The notes beneath the pieces are model-generated. The model was not told the origin of the DNA and searched no databases. It saw nothing but the letters and a program-made list of their open reading frames with translations. 64,000 nt of DNA from the NCBI GenBank assembly GCA_949358305.1, contig OX442314.1, positions 22,072,001 through 22,136,000 of the forward strand, written 5' to 3'. The position numbers were made by a program, and so were the translations under genes. This document shows positions 22,751 to 36,218 of the stretch, in pieces (the stretch's first letter is position 1; the number at the start of each line of letters is the position of its first letter). The stretch is from Strigamia acuminata. Taxonomy: Eukaryota.

Positions 22751-23074
22751 CCCACATGGTTAATAAATAAATTGAAATTATATTGCAATGTATTTTGAAA
22801 TGCATTGGATTTCATGAGAATGCATTTTGTAATGCATTTTTACATGCTTTTGGTCTGCAAATGAATACATTTTGTAAAATGTATTACAAAATGATTCCCA
22901 ATATAATTATTTGTCAAATATGAATGTATTTTCAAATTGAATTTCTTCAGTTGTATTACGAAATGCATTATTTAATTTACAAATAATGCACTTAATTCAG
23001 TGAGATGCTGTACATTTTGGAATGCATTAAGTGAAAAGCAATTTATTGTCAAATATATTATTTAACCATCTGGG
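22751..23074. mobile_element. MITE / non-autonomous TIR element with CCC...GGG termini
   Basis: Left end cccacatggttaa; right end reverse-complements to cccagatggttaa. Interior rich in atgcattt repeats. Possible 2-bp TT duplication (weak). Confidence 0.6.
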
Positions 23075-23169
23075 TTGTTCAAGAAAAAAAAAAGTGTGTT
23101 TTTAAATTATATTTACATAAAAATTAAAATTGATTAATGAAAAGTAAGAAAGCAATCAGTTTGATTTGT

Positions 23170-24542
23170 TTTTATTTACATTCCTCAATACAATACAATG
23201 AAATCAGACATGATGGTATACTATACTCATTAACACAATGATGCAAACATTTTCCATTTCCCTTTTAATATATATATATTTATATTCATTTATTCTCAAG
23301 AAAAAATAAACATTTTCTATACGTATTGAAAGCCAAGATGGGATTTAAAAATAGCAATGAAACCACAATAAAAAATAAAATTGAATATGACATGTAATCA
23401 GTTTGCCAGTAAAGAGTAACTTCACCAGGTTAGACTAGATGTAAATAAAAGTAACTTGGGGATAAACTCGGGTGATTAATAAGTGGCAAGGTTTAAGCAA
23501 TGAATTGGTTCAATATTCCATATTGATTTGATTAGCAGCATTAGTAGAAATAAAAATACTAAAACAAATGGATATTTTTCAATCACCATGGAGGACACTC
23601 TAAACAGATCTAAAATAAAACATCAACTTGTAAATAACTTGTTATTGATGATTTGCAATGTTTGCAAGATGGTACAACAATGATAATAAAAAATAATAAT
23701 AATGTCTACATTCGGAATTCAGTATATTATAGAATACTGGCAGTGATGCCTTGAGCCTAGTACAATTAAGCACTACAATGGAACATCATTGTCTGTATCA
23801 GCATGTTTATATTCACAGAAATACTTGTACTTTAATACTATTTTCCGTGATAATGAAAGATAAAACAATGACTGATTTACAGTAATAGCTTGTTGGTGTT
23901 TATATCACTTTTATGTCAGTTTTTTTAATTTATTTTTTTTAATTTTTTAAAAGAATGCAGTGATTATTCTTATAGAATGTAAAGAATCAATTGTGATACA
24001 GACAGACAGTTTACAGGAAATACCCAAACCTTGTTATAGCAAATTAAGAACCTGTATAAGGATCAGTTCTCACTCTTATCAGTCGAGAATGAGAAGACCT
24101 TTACCAAAAACAGCGATGAGATCATATTGAAAACATTTGGTTACATTTTTCTTATATCGGTGATTAATCTTTTTCTAAGTGCAAATTAAATAATGAAGAG
24201 CAATGATTTTATAACCGTAAAATATATATATATTTACATTATTTACATTTACTTAAAATACAAAGGTGGGACAAATAATGTTGTTGCAACTAAAAAATAA
24301 ATTGTGGATATCTCTTTCTCTCTTTTTTAAAATTAAAAAAAAAATTAAAAAAAAAAAAATTTGAAAGCATTGAAATAAATAAGAACAATTTCTATTATAC
24401 CAATAGTTTTATAAAGACATGTATATACAAGATGGGTGATTGATTTTTTTTTCTTCTGGTTTTCTTTACTGTAGTTTGTACTGTTGTCACATCACAAGAA
24501 AGAATGGTCTTGATTGACGGCTAGGCCTCTTTGGTTAGATAT
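23170..24542 (-). other. Probable non-coding last exon (AU-rich 3' UTR) of the CKI gene
   Basis: Donor CAG|gtaagc at 31661, 18 nt after the stop. Strong acceptor tttttttctgtttgtag at 24543-24544. AU-rich sequence with minus-strand AATAAA near 23171-23176; the 3' end is uncertain. Confidence 0.5.
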
Positions 24543-27500
24543 CTACAAACAGAAAAAAATTCACGTGAGTTAATCGTAACAATTAACACCATTTTTGTTT
24601 TCTATTTTTATAATGAATTGTAAATATTATTTCATGTGTGAATTGAATTGTAAAAAGATTTTTCTGCATCACATTTTGGTTGGGTCACGTAGTCACTGCG
24701 GTTGAATTTGATTGATTTTATGATCAATACAAAGCCAACAAATTACAAAACCACATACATTTATTGCATCACCACATATTTAAAAATAATTACCTAGAAT
24801 CCCCAGAACTTATTATAGATTGCGTATACTCTCTCCATATTTCTAATACTTCCCACCAAAATGATATATGCACCGAGCATTCCCTCAAGAGAACCTGAAA
24901 GGCAGGGGGAAAATCTGCAGGGACATGAGGGTTTTATTAATGAGAGTTGTGCCACCTGACACGCCCATATGTCACCGAGCATATCTGGCACGCAAAACTG
25001 ATGGGCTGCGAGGTGACATTAAGAAACAGCTGATGGCCATTCCCTGCTCTTATTAAGTGCGTGGCAGAAAAGAGATACTTTTGGGGGCGCCACATGTTCC
25101 AAATCGTCAGTAATACTTCACCAACCCTTTTGGCCACATCCCCTACTTTTTTAATGCTAGAAAAAGAGGCGGGAAAAAGGGGTCTCACAGTATCTCTTCT
25201 CTAATGTCTGCATCTTTCCTGAAAGATGAGAAATATTTTACATATGCTTCTTCCTGCTTTTCTTTTTTCACTCATCCCCCTCTTAATTACTGCAGGGTTT
25301 TCCCTCATCTCTCAACTTGTACCCCTCCTGTGTGCCTGGCTTGACAGAGGAAGTATTCCATATGCTATTTCTCTCGCGAGTTTCATCAACTGCCCTTTAT
25401 CTGGCGATCGAACATGGCTACTGTAAGAGAGCTGGAAATCCGGTGAAATGTGTTTGTTTGCTTAGTTGGCAAAAATTCTTGCGGAGAAAGTGATTTTTCT
25501 TAGCCACAAGTGCCACTAAAACGTGCCTTGAATCGAGATTTTAAGCTCTCGGTTATCCATTTGGACAAAAGTCCACTGCTGGCTTTTCAACCTTTTGGCC
25601 ACACGAACAATTGTATCTCATGGTCAAGTTTTCGCCACTGTTTACTCGACGTCTGACTAAGCCCACACTTTTGGGCTAATTCCACTGATGCTCTTATTCT
25701 TAATTCTTCAAAGTTATTTCATATCCTCACTGGTAAATCAGTTGATCCGATGATCTGGACAAACCCTTGGGAGGTCAAAGACTCGGGCCTAACCTTGAGT
25801 TTTTCCATAAAACCAAGGATGTTTGTTAAAAAAAATTATTTGGGATATCTAAGCCTTTGAATTCCTGGGTTTTACGAGTTTAGTGGCCTTGATTTACCCC
25901 TAAAGAAATATTCCGATTTGGATTAACATTTTTTTCTTAGCTATCAGTTTCCATTCTTCATTGTACTACGTGCGGATAAGTTTTTGATATTTGGGAAATA
26001 TTTATTTGTGTTATTTGTGTTGTCTACTAAATGCTTGCTTTATTTATACACCCACTAATCCCCCGTTCCATTTACCGAATTAAATTTGATGCGTTAGATG
26101 GCGCAACTTCTTCATGTTCGATACACTCCATTTCACCAGCGAGAGCAAATTTTAACTGAATCCTTGGTTTGATTGGCTCAATAAGATCACATGGGTGAAG
26201 TGCATAATTTGAATGAGTTTGTAGGTCAATAGCCAATTGAGAAACATTGACTTATGAAGTTGAAAAGGGTTGGAGATAACTTAATATTTGAATTTATAAG
26301 GTGAATTATTTAAATGGAATAATTTCTAATTTTGTTTTGCAAGAGAATTGTTAATTAATTAATTTATTATTATTATTATTTATATTTTATAAATATATAT
26401 TTACGTTCTTCTAATGTAATTGCAAAGTCATTATTTTCGTCTGGGATCGTTAATTGCGGGAATATTTTCTTCTTTTTTTGCCCGTTGCATGTGCTTAATT
26501 TCGTGGACACAGATTTAAAGAACTGTGAAAGGAAACACGGTCGAGTGGTTTAGGCACTTTAAAAAGATACCGTTTGCATTTTCACACTTTGCTGCTTTTT
26601 GCGTCTGTGAAATTTGAAATTTCCTTTCCCTGGACTCGAGTGTGTGTGTGTGTGAACGCGAACGTGCATATTTGTTTGCTAAGGTCGCTGTCCTCACATG
26701 ATTGAAATAAAACGTGCTGGGAATTTGTAATGGAGCGCAGTTTAAGGCACCGGCAATGAATTCCATACAAGGCAAAACAGATAGGGAATGTTAGAACTTG
26801 TCGAGCATGTAAATTAAGCATCATGCCCAAGTAGCATCTCGTATTTCATATTAATTCATAATTTGAACGTGAATTTCCAATTTAATTCAATCTCTAATCG
26901 GGTTTTGTCAAAATATTGATTTTGTTGTATAGAAACTTTCCGCCCCCGAAATTTATTTACCGGTGTTTATTTATTTTGGTTTAATATCAAATTATTTTCT
27001 CTTTTAACTTTGCTCAAGGTTAAGCAACGAGTTGAATGGTCTTACGAGCAACATCATCCAAATACTTGTTTAAACTTGCCCCTTGCAACGTTGTTCGACG
27101 CGGTTTGTGTTCCCAAGCGGCCCAAGGTTAATCTCTAGTGGCTACCAGAAGGAATCTCCGTCCAAACACACACCCAACCAAAAGATAGTAAGTAACATTG
27201 CTAATTGCTATTTGAATTACATTAAAAACTATCCAACAAAAAAAAAATTAATTAAAAAAAAAAAAAAATCTGTTTGTGCAATAAACTTGAGTGGGTTCCT
27301 TAGTAACAGACATTTTCAAGATTGAAATAAGAATTTATCATTTCCAAATCCCAGTTGCACTAATTAAATCAGTTGCAGTCTCAAAGGTGCCCTTGGTATT
27401 AAGTGAAGGCTGGCATAAAAAGCAAGCGAGGGGAAAGCGATAATGGGGAAAAGAGAGAGAGAGAGCAAGGGGAGGGACGGGAGGAGAGGGGGATGACATG

Positions 27501-30500
27501 AACTTATCAGTGGTGAAGCCACGAGACATCTTGGAATCTGCATAATGGTGATGGAGGGGAGGAAAAGAGAAAAATAACAATTCTTTGTCTGCTTTATTGT
27601 TTGCCGGATGATTTTGTGCGAGCACCTTGAGAAATTGTCAATGTCAAGGGGAGGGCATGCATTCTTGCGTTGGGGGGTGACGGTTTTGACGTGCACGTGG
27701 CCAGAGATTCGATTCCCACCCCCGCGCGCTCGGTGCTCGGTCCGGTTGCCCTTTTTGTGTACGATCCACACGTCGATCCAATTGGGAAAAGCTTGTGCTT
27801 TCGGCCGTGGGAAAATGCCTCGCTACGTGCACACCTGGGCTCGAGCGGCTATTGTAGAGAAGGCGAAGGACTCGGCAGTCCCGCCCGCTTTTCCAGCGGG
27901 GGTGGCCGCAGCTTGAAAGAAAAGTCCATCCTTCCTTCCCCTTCTTAAACCGTGTCCATAAAATGGAATGAGATCTCTCGGATTCTTGTTGCAAGTCTTG
28001 TCTGATCTCCAACTACACTCTTTGTTATTGTCACTGACCTTTTATGACCTTGTCATGTGATCTGGAGAGGATAAATTTTTTTTTCCTCGTGTATTTTATG
28101 GTTTACTCCTTGGCTCTCTCAAGTGCTACAATTTTTATACTTGATATTTTGTACAGTCAACTGGAAAATCACTTGACAAAGCAACCACAACGACCCCCGA
28201 TGTTTTCAGGGAAGACGATCGTAAATAAATAAATAAAAATGGACGCCATCTTTGCAAAACGGGTAAATATAAAATGTGAAATAAATGTGGAACATTGAGT
28301 TCAGTCGTGTTGTTCTGCTTCAAACTCGTGGTCAATTTTTTCTCTCGCGATTTTTGTAATTGAAGTGATGGCCGTTCCGGTTCGTGAAATTTTCCATTTC
28401 GAGCCCTGGTTCACGCAACTCCCGCTTAACGCTGATAGCGTGAAGCGAGCATGGGTAATCGGCGCACAAAACTTCGATTTTATAATAGAAACCACTCAAG
28501 CATGACTAAAGCAACGGTCGAAAGGGTTTCAGGATTTTTAATCAAAAAACACGTATTGTATTTGTTATTTAAAAAATTCCAATATAAAAAAAAACACGTA
28601 GGCGCCACATAGGCTCGTTAATGTACAAGTAAAGCCGCAAAGATGAAGTTATTTCGCGCATTTAATGACCTTCAAAATGAGTGTTTCAGTAGGTTTTGAA
28701 TGCATGTCTTGTTTCCCCGAGTACAAGCACTTCTCGCTGCGTCCCTTTGTGCCTCGCACACATTGTACTTGACTAAGAAACGTGCTAGGCGGAGAACTGG
28801 AGAAGAGTATTTCTGGAACCAAAGGCTTGAACCCCCGTTATGAATGGAAGTAGTAGACGTGTGTGAAGTCTCACGGCGAGAGAGGAAGCAGGGTCTGGTC
28901 ATTCAGGACAAGCCGGTCGAGGCTCTGCACCCCACATCCTCTGTCTACCTAGTAAGAAGTCGTAGTAAGATTTCTTCCCACACTCTCCCCGAACCACTCC
29001 CTTCACAACCATTCGTTTCTATGCGTAGTAAATGTGTGGTGTTTGTGTATGTTTCTTTTACTATGCACGGACACATCGGCTCGTCTGGATAAGAGATTCG
29101 CTGGCAGTGGGCCAACCGGGAAATGAGTGGGTCTCAAGAGGGATAGAAAAAGAAGAAGCAAAAGTCGCATATAAAGTGACCTAGTTTGATTACACTTTCA
29201 TCTGTTAGTCGGTTGTAAAAATTAAAATAAAAAATTTTTTTTGGAATGACGTGGGCGTTTGAGAGTCTATTTATAACGAGTTAAGTTTCCCTTTTCCTAT
29301 GTAATACATGTGGGAAATGAGAAGAAGGAGGGAAAAAAAATTGCAGGCAGCAGCTGTCTTTGGTTGCTAAGCAACCAAAACCCCCTCTTGTCTACAAGAC
29401 AACCACCACCCCCTCTTTGTGAATCTACCCCAACTCAACCTGCAAAAGGTGATTACTTTACAGAACAGGTTTGGCACCTGTACATTGGCTAAAGGAACAT
29501 GTGTGCAGCAATTGAAAACACACACGTGTGCAAACATTAAATTTTGCTCGTTTTTTAAAAAAAATAAAAATAAAAAATGAATATTTTTAAACTTTGAATA
29601 ACTTACTGTGATTTTTTTTTTTTATTTTTTTTTTTTATTTTGCCCCTTTCCCTTTCTTTACCCCCCAACCGGAAACCCACGCTTTGAATCCTAGGTTGAG
29701 TGAGAGAGGAAAGGAAATCGTATTAAGCGGAAACTACATTGGCTCCAGTTGGGTGACCATGTGCAAATCAACAAACTTCTTTTTCTTTCATTAGTGCTCT
29801 ACTAGTAAATCCTTCAATCTGGTCCTTCCTCTCAACAACTCACTCTTATCTTTGTTGAATCCCTTTCCTGTATGTTTACAAACCGCAATTCATTAGTCTT
29901 CTGACAACTCCGCAAACTAATTACTAGAACCAAAGACTAAATTAAACACCACAAGTCCCGACCAAAGCCCTAACCTCGGCTAACCTACATTAACTTGCAA
30001 TGATTTCGCACCATAAAGTGCAGAAAGAATAAAAACATCTATCTCAATGCGCACTTTCTTTTTGATAATTTACGCTCTTAAACTTACAAACAATTAACTA
30101 AAACCATCTTCAGTGGTCAAAACGATAATGATACTTACTACGACCCATCCATCTATGGATTTTTGTTTTTTGTTTAATTTTTGCAGCTCTAATTTGAGAA
30201 ATTCTCACATGTGGGTGAAAGAAAGGTGAGAAAGGACGTCCTCTATATCTTTTGTGTCACAGTGGTTGATTTTCGAGTGTGCACTATTGTCGTGTCGAGA
30301 ACAGGAACTCTGCTCTCTGGTCCATGGCATATTAAAAGGAACAGTTGCATGCACTTAAAAAACCTTTTCTCAAGGGCTCTGGCCATCCAGATGAAGATAA
30401 GCGTGGAGTTTGGTGATTCACACGTGTATACGAAACTAGAGCCCCGAGTGAAGTGAGTCACGCATCTGCCTCGCATATACCTTGCGGCACCTTGCTTCGG

Positions 30501-31679
30501 GGCACAGGTGTTGCGAAATAAGTTTGGGACGAAATGTTTTGCTTATGTGATGGCATTTCCCACCTGTTTTCCTGTAATCATTTGAACAATTGATCAATTA
30601 GGATGATCAATGACCAGCCTCTCTTTAGGTGAGGGAATGCAGCCACCACCTGTAGTGTGAGGGAAATGGGGGTTTGGATCAAGACAAGAGGGGTATGGTA
30701 AAGTGGATGAGGACAATAGACAGCACCAGGTGCTGCTTGTAATAATGCACTTGGGACTTGGGACCTAGAGCGAATTCCGATACAGGGAGCGAAGATGAGC
30801 AGCTTTGCGAAAGTGGGTCGCCTTTTTCTTTTAAACAGTTTGGAAAAACTTGGAAATTATACACTTCGCAAAACTCTTAAACCCAACTTTTAAGGCGGTT
30901 TACTAGCTTTTCTCAAGATCATAGCTCGGCAATTACGTTTTTGAATGAAGAACGCTCGTGGAAATTTATATCTTGTGCCGATATTTCTGCTTGCATTCAA
31001 GAAAAAATTATTACCGCTAAGTGGGTGGTCACTAGTTGCTTTTGGGGCTAAATAACAATAACTGTGACTGTATTTCACGGATTAAAAAATACAATTTGTA
31101 CAAATAACACCGGTATAGATCTAAATAACGGTAGCTCTTGGTAATTATGGTAGACCGCTATGCTTGTACGTTATTTTAGTCATTTTACAGTAGTAGGTGA
31201 CATAGTAACCAACTACTGCAGGCCTAATTGCACCACATGGTGTACCCATCAATTACAGCTATTTGAGGCTTTAGACGTGTGCGGAAGAGCCAGACGTCTT
31301 AGCCGGATAAGGCACCAAGGTCCAGTGGACAAAAGAAGCCTTAGTGACTTTTTAAGGGGGTATAAAGCAGGAACTGCGCTCTCTATAACACTATAGGGAA
31401 CTGTGGTGATGCACTCGTGTGGTGTGGCGGTTGGTTGCCCTTTAAGATGACGGCCTTATGACGTCGAACATGAGTTGGCACTAACCCAGCTGTTTTATTA
31501 CTATCAAGAAACTAGTTGTCGTTTTTTCTTCTTCTCTTTCTTTCTTCTTTCTTTTATTGAAAGATCAATGTTTGTGTGGGAGATGATGGTTGTGTAATTA
31601 TGATTATTGTGCGAGTGTTGTGGTTTATGACGTGGTTATTGGTGCACTTTGAAATGCTTACCTGAAATGGTGGTTGGTG

Positions 31680-34600
31680 TTATGAAGCCTTGTTTTTCTT
31701 CGTCGATATTATATTATTCTCCGTCGACAGCCTCTTCCGTTGTCTCATGTAATCTGGTTGAGAAAGAGAAAAAAAAATTGGGAATTAGAGTTTTGTTGAT
31801 GGTTTTGATTTGATTATAATAAAAGTGGAAATAATTTTTCTTTCTGTGCCAGTGAAATCACCCCTCGATTGTGCTCGAGGCTTCGTGTTTGCAGTTCCAC
31901 TGACCCTGTAGTAGAAACGACCTTGGTTTGGTCATTGCCTTGAACTTATTTTATTTTTTAAAAAGATTTAAAATACGACAATTGCGTAATTGTTGTTTAA
32001 TCGCGTTCGGAGAAGGGGAAAAAAGGATAATGATATGATAACATTTTAATTTTCCTCTTTTGATAAACTTAAATAAATGGATATCCATGTTGTTTTTCTT
32101 GTTATTTTCTTGGGATCTTGTTGTATCGAAGTTTCACTTTCCAATGGCAAAAATTGAGGGGAAAATTTTTTTTTTCTAAGATAGTTTTACTCGCATCGTA
32201 TCGTAAATTATATTTCCACACATATTCTATGTGTGGAAATATAATCCGAGTTGCGATAAACGTCACTGATATGGAATAATAGTTTACTCTCGCTTTACGA
32301 TAGAATTGCATAAAGTTCCATCACTTAAGCAATTACTTTTAAAATTTTGTTCTTTTGAAATAAATTTTTCGGATTTATTTTAATTTTAATGTGTTAATTT
32401 ATATAAAAAAAAATATAACAATGTGATCTGATTTTTCCCGCCAAAAAATTGATCTTTTATCTTCATTTCTTAACCTATGGACTCTGAACTGATATTTATT
32501 TTAATGTCTCATCTCACTGCCCAACTAAAAGACAATAACAACATCCAATCATGTTAGAGATTAACAACATTCTTTATATCATAAATATTCTCTATTTGCG
32601 GTTCTATAAACACCAAATAATTTTGTTCTTTTGCTTCAATATATTTTAAATTAAAAAAAAACTCTACAAATGACTCATTCCAAATACCAGAAATGATGAC
32701 TTCACAAATTTGTGAGAAAACCCAACTTTTCCACCCGAGCAATCACGTGATCACAATTTTGGCGCCAAAATTCCTAGCACACTTTGACGTCACACACACA
32801 CACACACACACACACAAAACCCCAAATTTTCCCATTTCCAACAAAACGAAACCAAACCAAAAACCTTTTGCCTCAAAACTCCCAAAAACACCAAAAATAA
32901 CTCCCATTATTGATTTAACTTTTAACACATTAGTGCAAACCATGCCGTAATCATTTTCCAACTTCCTTCAACAAACACTAAAAAACACGAATAAAAACAA
33001 CAAAAGATAAAAATAAAAATAAAAATAAAAATAAAAAAAATAAAAAAATAAAAAATAAAATAAAAAAAACCTGCACCATTATCCTCGAAAAGACCAATTT
33101 AATTTTGTGCAACCTACCCTCAAAATAATCAATCAAAACCCCATTTTATTATTAACCACTTGAAGCTGTAACCTTGGATCATGCTTCTTTCATCTTCCAA
33201 TCTCAACCCGTTCAAATCTCCCCCTCCTTCTCTCTCTCTTTCTCCGGCCATGAACTCGCTTGACCCGTTGCCAAGAGTGAGGTAGTGGTGAGGAGCATTC
33301 CTATTTGCTGCTCCAGGGTCTCGCTGGGCTCGCAGCAGAGGGGGGAGGCAGGTGGAGTAGGGAAGGGAGCAAGAAAGAGAGAGAGAGAGAGAGAGAGAGA
33401 TCCTTCCCGCGTGCGCTCATGCACACCCCACCACATCCATTACGCAAGTTGTTTTCATTGGTGCACCTCCGCCTCCCTTCCAAATGCAGTCGAGCTGCTG
33501 GCAGAGCAATGGCCTTCAGTTGTGCGGTCAACGTGCTTTTTGCAAACGATGCATCTCGGCTTTAATTTCCCCGGCATTTGCCGTCTGACGTCATCGCTGA
33601 TCGCGCAACTGGACGCAAAGATTTACTTTCTATCGATGCACATTGTGCAGCGCTGCTAATCGATGGTTTGCATTGATTTTTCTCTTTTTCTTTTAACCCC
33701 ATCTTCCCGGATGAATCGCTTCCTGTGCAAGGATATGAAAATTCCGAGAGGGTGTGGGGGAACACCTTCGTCATATCCTGCGCACACCTTATAAAACACT
33801 GTCGTGAGTCATGTAAGGAATGAGGCGATTCCAATGAGCTGTTCCGGGGCCATTTCCAAGAAAAAGGCGCGTTTTAAAGCGCAGAGAATAAAATTAATCA
33901 AATCGAACGTTTTCCGTATCGATAACTCGACATTTAAGCCTAAACCCGATTGATTTTCATCTTTTAGTTCGAATATTATCATTTTTTTGTGTGGCTCCAC
34001 CTAGTATTTGTTTGAAAAAGGAAAATAAATATTTTTTTGAAATAAAAAAAATTTAAAAAAAAAAGCGAGATCATTGACATTTGCAATGATGCAAAAATTG
34101 AAACAAGTTTAAACACGGATGCAAAGTTTGAAGTTTGAGCTCAGATTTAGCATCAGTGGTGCGTGCACCAGAAATCCCAGGGGTTTTACCCTTAGGTCCA
34201 CGCTGAGGTAAAACCGGTTCATTCGACGTAAATGGGAAGAGGGAGGGGTCACATGCTGCTAAACATTGACTGTACATGTTTGAGTGTTTATTGCAAAGAG
34301 GAAAAAAAAAGAAAAGAAATGAAATAAGCAAAAAGTAGAGTCACATATCAATTTTTTTTCTTTTCCCTTTCTTGTTTTAAACACTGCAATCACCGGGGGT
34401 GGATAAATAGAAATTAATCTGCATTTCGGTGCGGATTTTCATAGAATAAACGACCCGAGGTTGTCTGTGCTGGTGGTGGACAAGTTTTTGGTTGCATTGC
34501 TCGCAGCGACGGTTGCATGCGATTATTTTTAAATTGGTGCGGAGTTTTAACGGACGAGAAAGTGTAACGAGTGCCGTTACATTCTAAATATTTATTTTTA

Positions 34601-36218
34601 ATCGTTTAATAGAAAGTGGTGCTGGATGCGCGTCTGTTTTGCACTTTCTTCCTTCCCTTGCATGCAGCGTCACCACTCACAAGTGCTCTGGTTTTTTTTT
34701 TTCTGCATTTTTTCTGCATTTTTTTTGCATTTTTTTTGCATTTTTTTTAATTTTAAACTGGAAATTGTTGAAGGTGAGCTTTACAACCAATTAGTTGGGT
34801 GGAGTTGTTGTCTGAGGCAGGTTGTTGAGCAATGATATCATTTAGTGTATGATCCCGTAAAAAAAAAAATGATTTATTTTTTTCAATTTGAAATTATTGT
34901 TAATTAATTGATTGACGTTTGGTTTTTTTTTTTTTTTTTTTTTTTTTTGGTTTTTTTTTTTTTTTTAGGTTTGTGCATAAATGCAAAACTGAGTCGATTG
35001 ATTGATATATAATGTATAAACTGATGTTTAACCTCCGCTCTTTGCATTATGCAAAGCAATATGTTGAATTATTTTGCAATCGTATGCATTAATCAATCTC
35101 ACGGGGTCGTGGAAATGCTTTTTGACTCGTTCAGTATTATTAGTCAGATGTTGGTGTGTATGACCTTTTGTCGCCTGCGCCATTAAACCTAATTTATTTA
35201 CCTAACCCAACCAATCGCGTTAAATTCGCTCCAACCAACGGACAAAATCACCCGAAAATCGTCACAAAAAACATAATTATTTCCACGTAACGGTAAAAAT
35301 TCGTCTTTATCATCCATTACACCCCTGTAACCCAAACTGGAACTTTAAAAACCATGTTTAGGCATATAATAAAAAGCTTATCCAACCAACTACCGAGAAT
35401 TAAATGGGTTGTAAAAAAAAATCAAATCGATTAACAGATTTCATCATCATCAAAAAAAAAAAAAAAGAAAAAGAAACTCCCACTGCATATATTCCACTAA
35501 AAAGAATCGAAAAGCAATTACCCAATCAAGACATAAAAAAAAAACACAATACATTAACATATTCCACACTACGGAACATAAATTCAATTTTTACGACTAC
35601 TTGATAGTCACATTTTCAGTAATTCAAGCTGCTGATGAAATTAGGGGGACTCGTTAAAAGGCCCTGGCAGAGCCACAGCCCAGTTGGCAGCGAGCATGCG
35701 CACTCCATTTTACTCGTATTGTTTACGTTTTGGGCTTTACTCGTGACCCCCGTACAGGAACGAGGCGAGCAACGAACGCAATTAGACGAGAAAAGCACGA
35801 GAATTAATAAAAAAGTAGCGTTGCTATCGACAGAGAATGCTCGGGAGCGAAATCGTAACTTACCGGTGATGGTGGTTTGCGTTTTACTCGCCGTCGACGA
35901 TGCTGAGTTGGGCGAATTTGCAGGCGCGGGAGGAGTCGTTTGCGACGTCGTTTTATCACGAGTGTCCGAAGCTGCAGCATTCACGGGCACCGGGGTCCAC
36001 TCGTACCTTCCGGTCAAGGGTTTTTCCGACTTGAAGTTGAAGTTCCATCTTTTCGTGTCCTGTCTGCTGATGCGTGCCATTTCGCGGTGCAACAAACGAC
36101 GTGTCTGCTCGTGGTCGACCGGACCGAAGAGGTTTCGACGCGCGGTGGTCGGTACGTTTTGCTGGGGTGTGCATGCGCGGCGTTCCTCCATGTGAAAACA
36201 AGCCACGGTCGTGCTCAT
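31680..36218 (-). CDS. dap: Cyclin-dependent kinase inhibitor, Cip/Kip family (dacapo/p27/p21-like), 142 aa
   Basis: Exon 36218-35864 (start context gcaccATG; CDI domain ARRNLFGPVDHEQTRRLL..KRWNFNFKSEKPLTGRYEW), phase-1 intron (G|gtaagt...tcaaccag), exon 31753-31680. Splicing gives QTTITDYMRQRKRLSTENNIISTKKNKAS*, a PIP-degron/NLS tail as in Dacapo/p21. In-frame upstream ATGs exist (36419, ~36317). Confidence 0.93.

Noticed and set aside
26500..34300. Numerous 60-135 aa ORFs in GC-richer islands
   Set aside because: They lie in CKI introns, overlap microsatellites and motif-rich regulatory-looking DNA, and show no domain or splice support.
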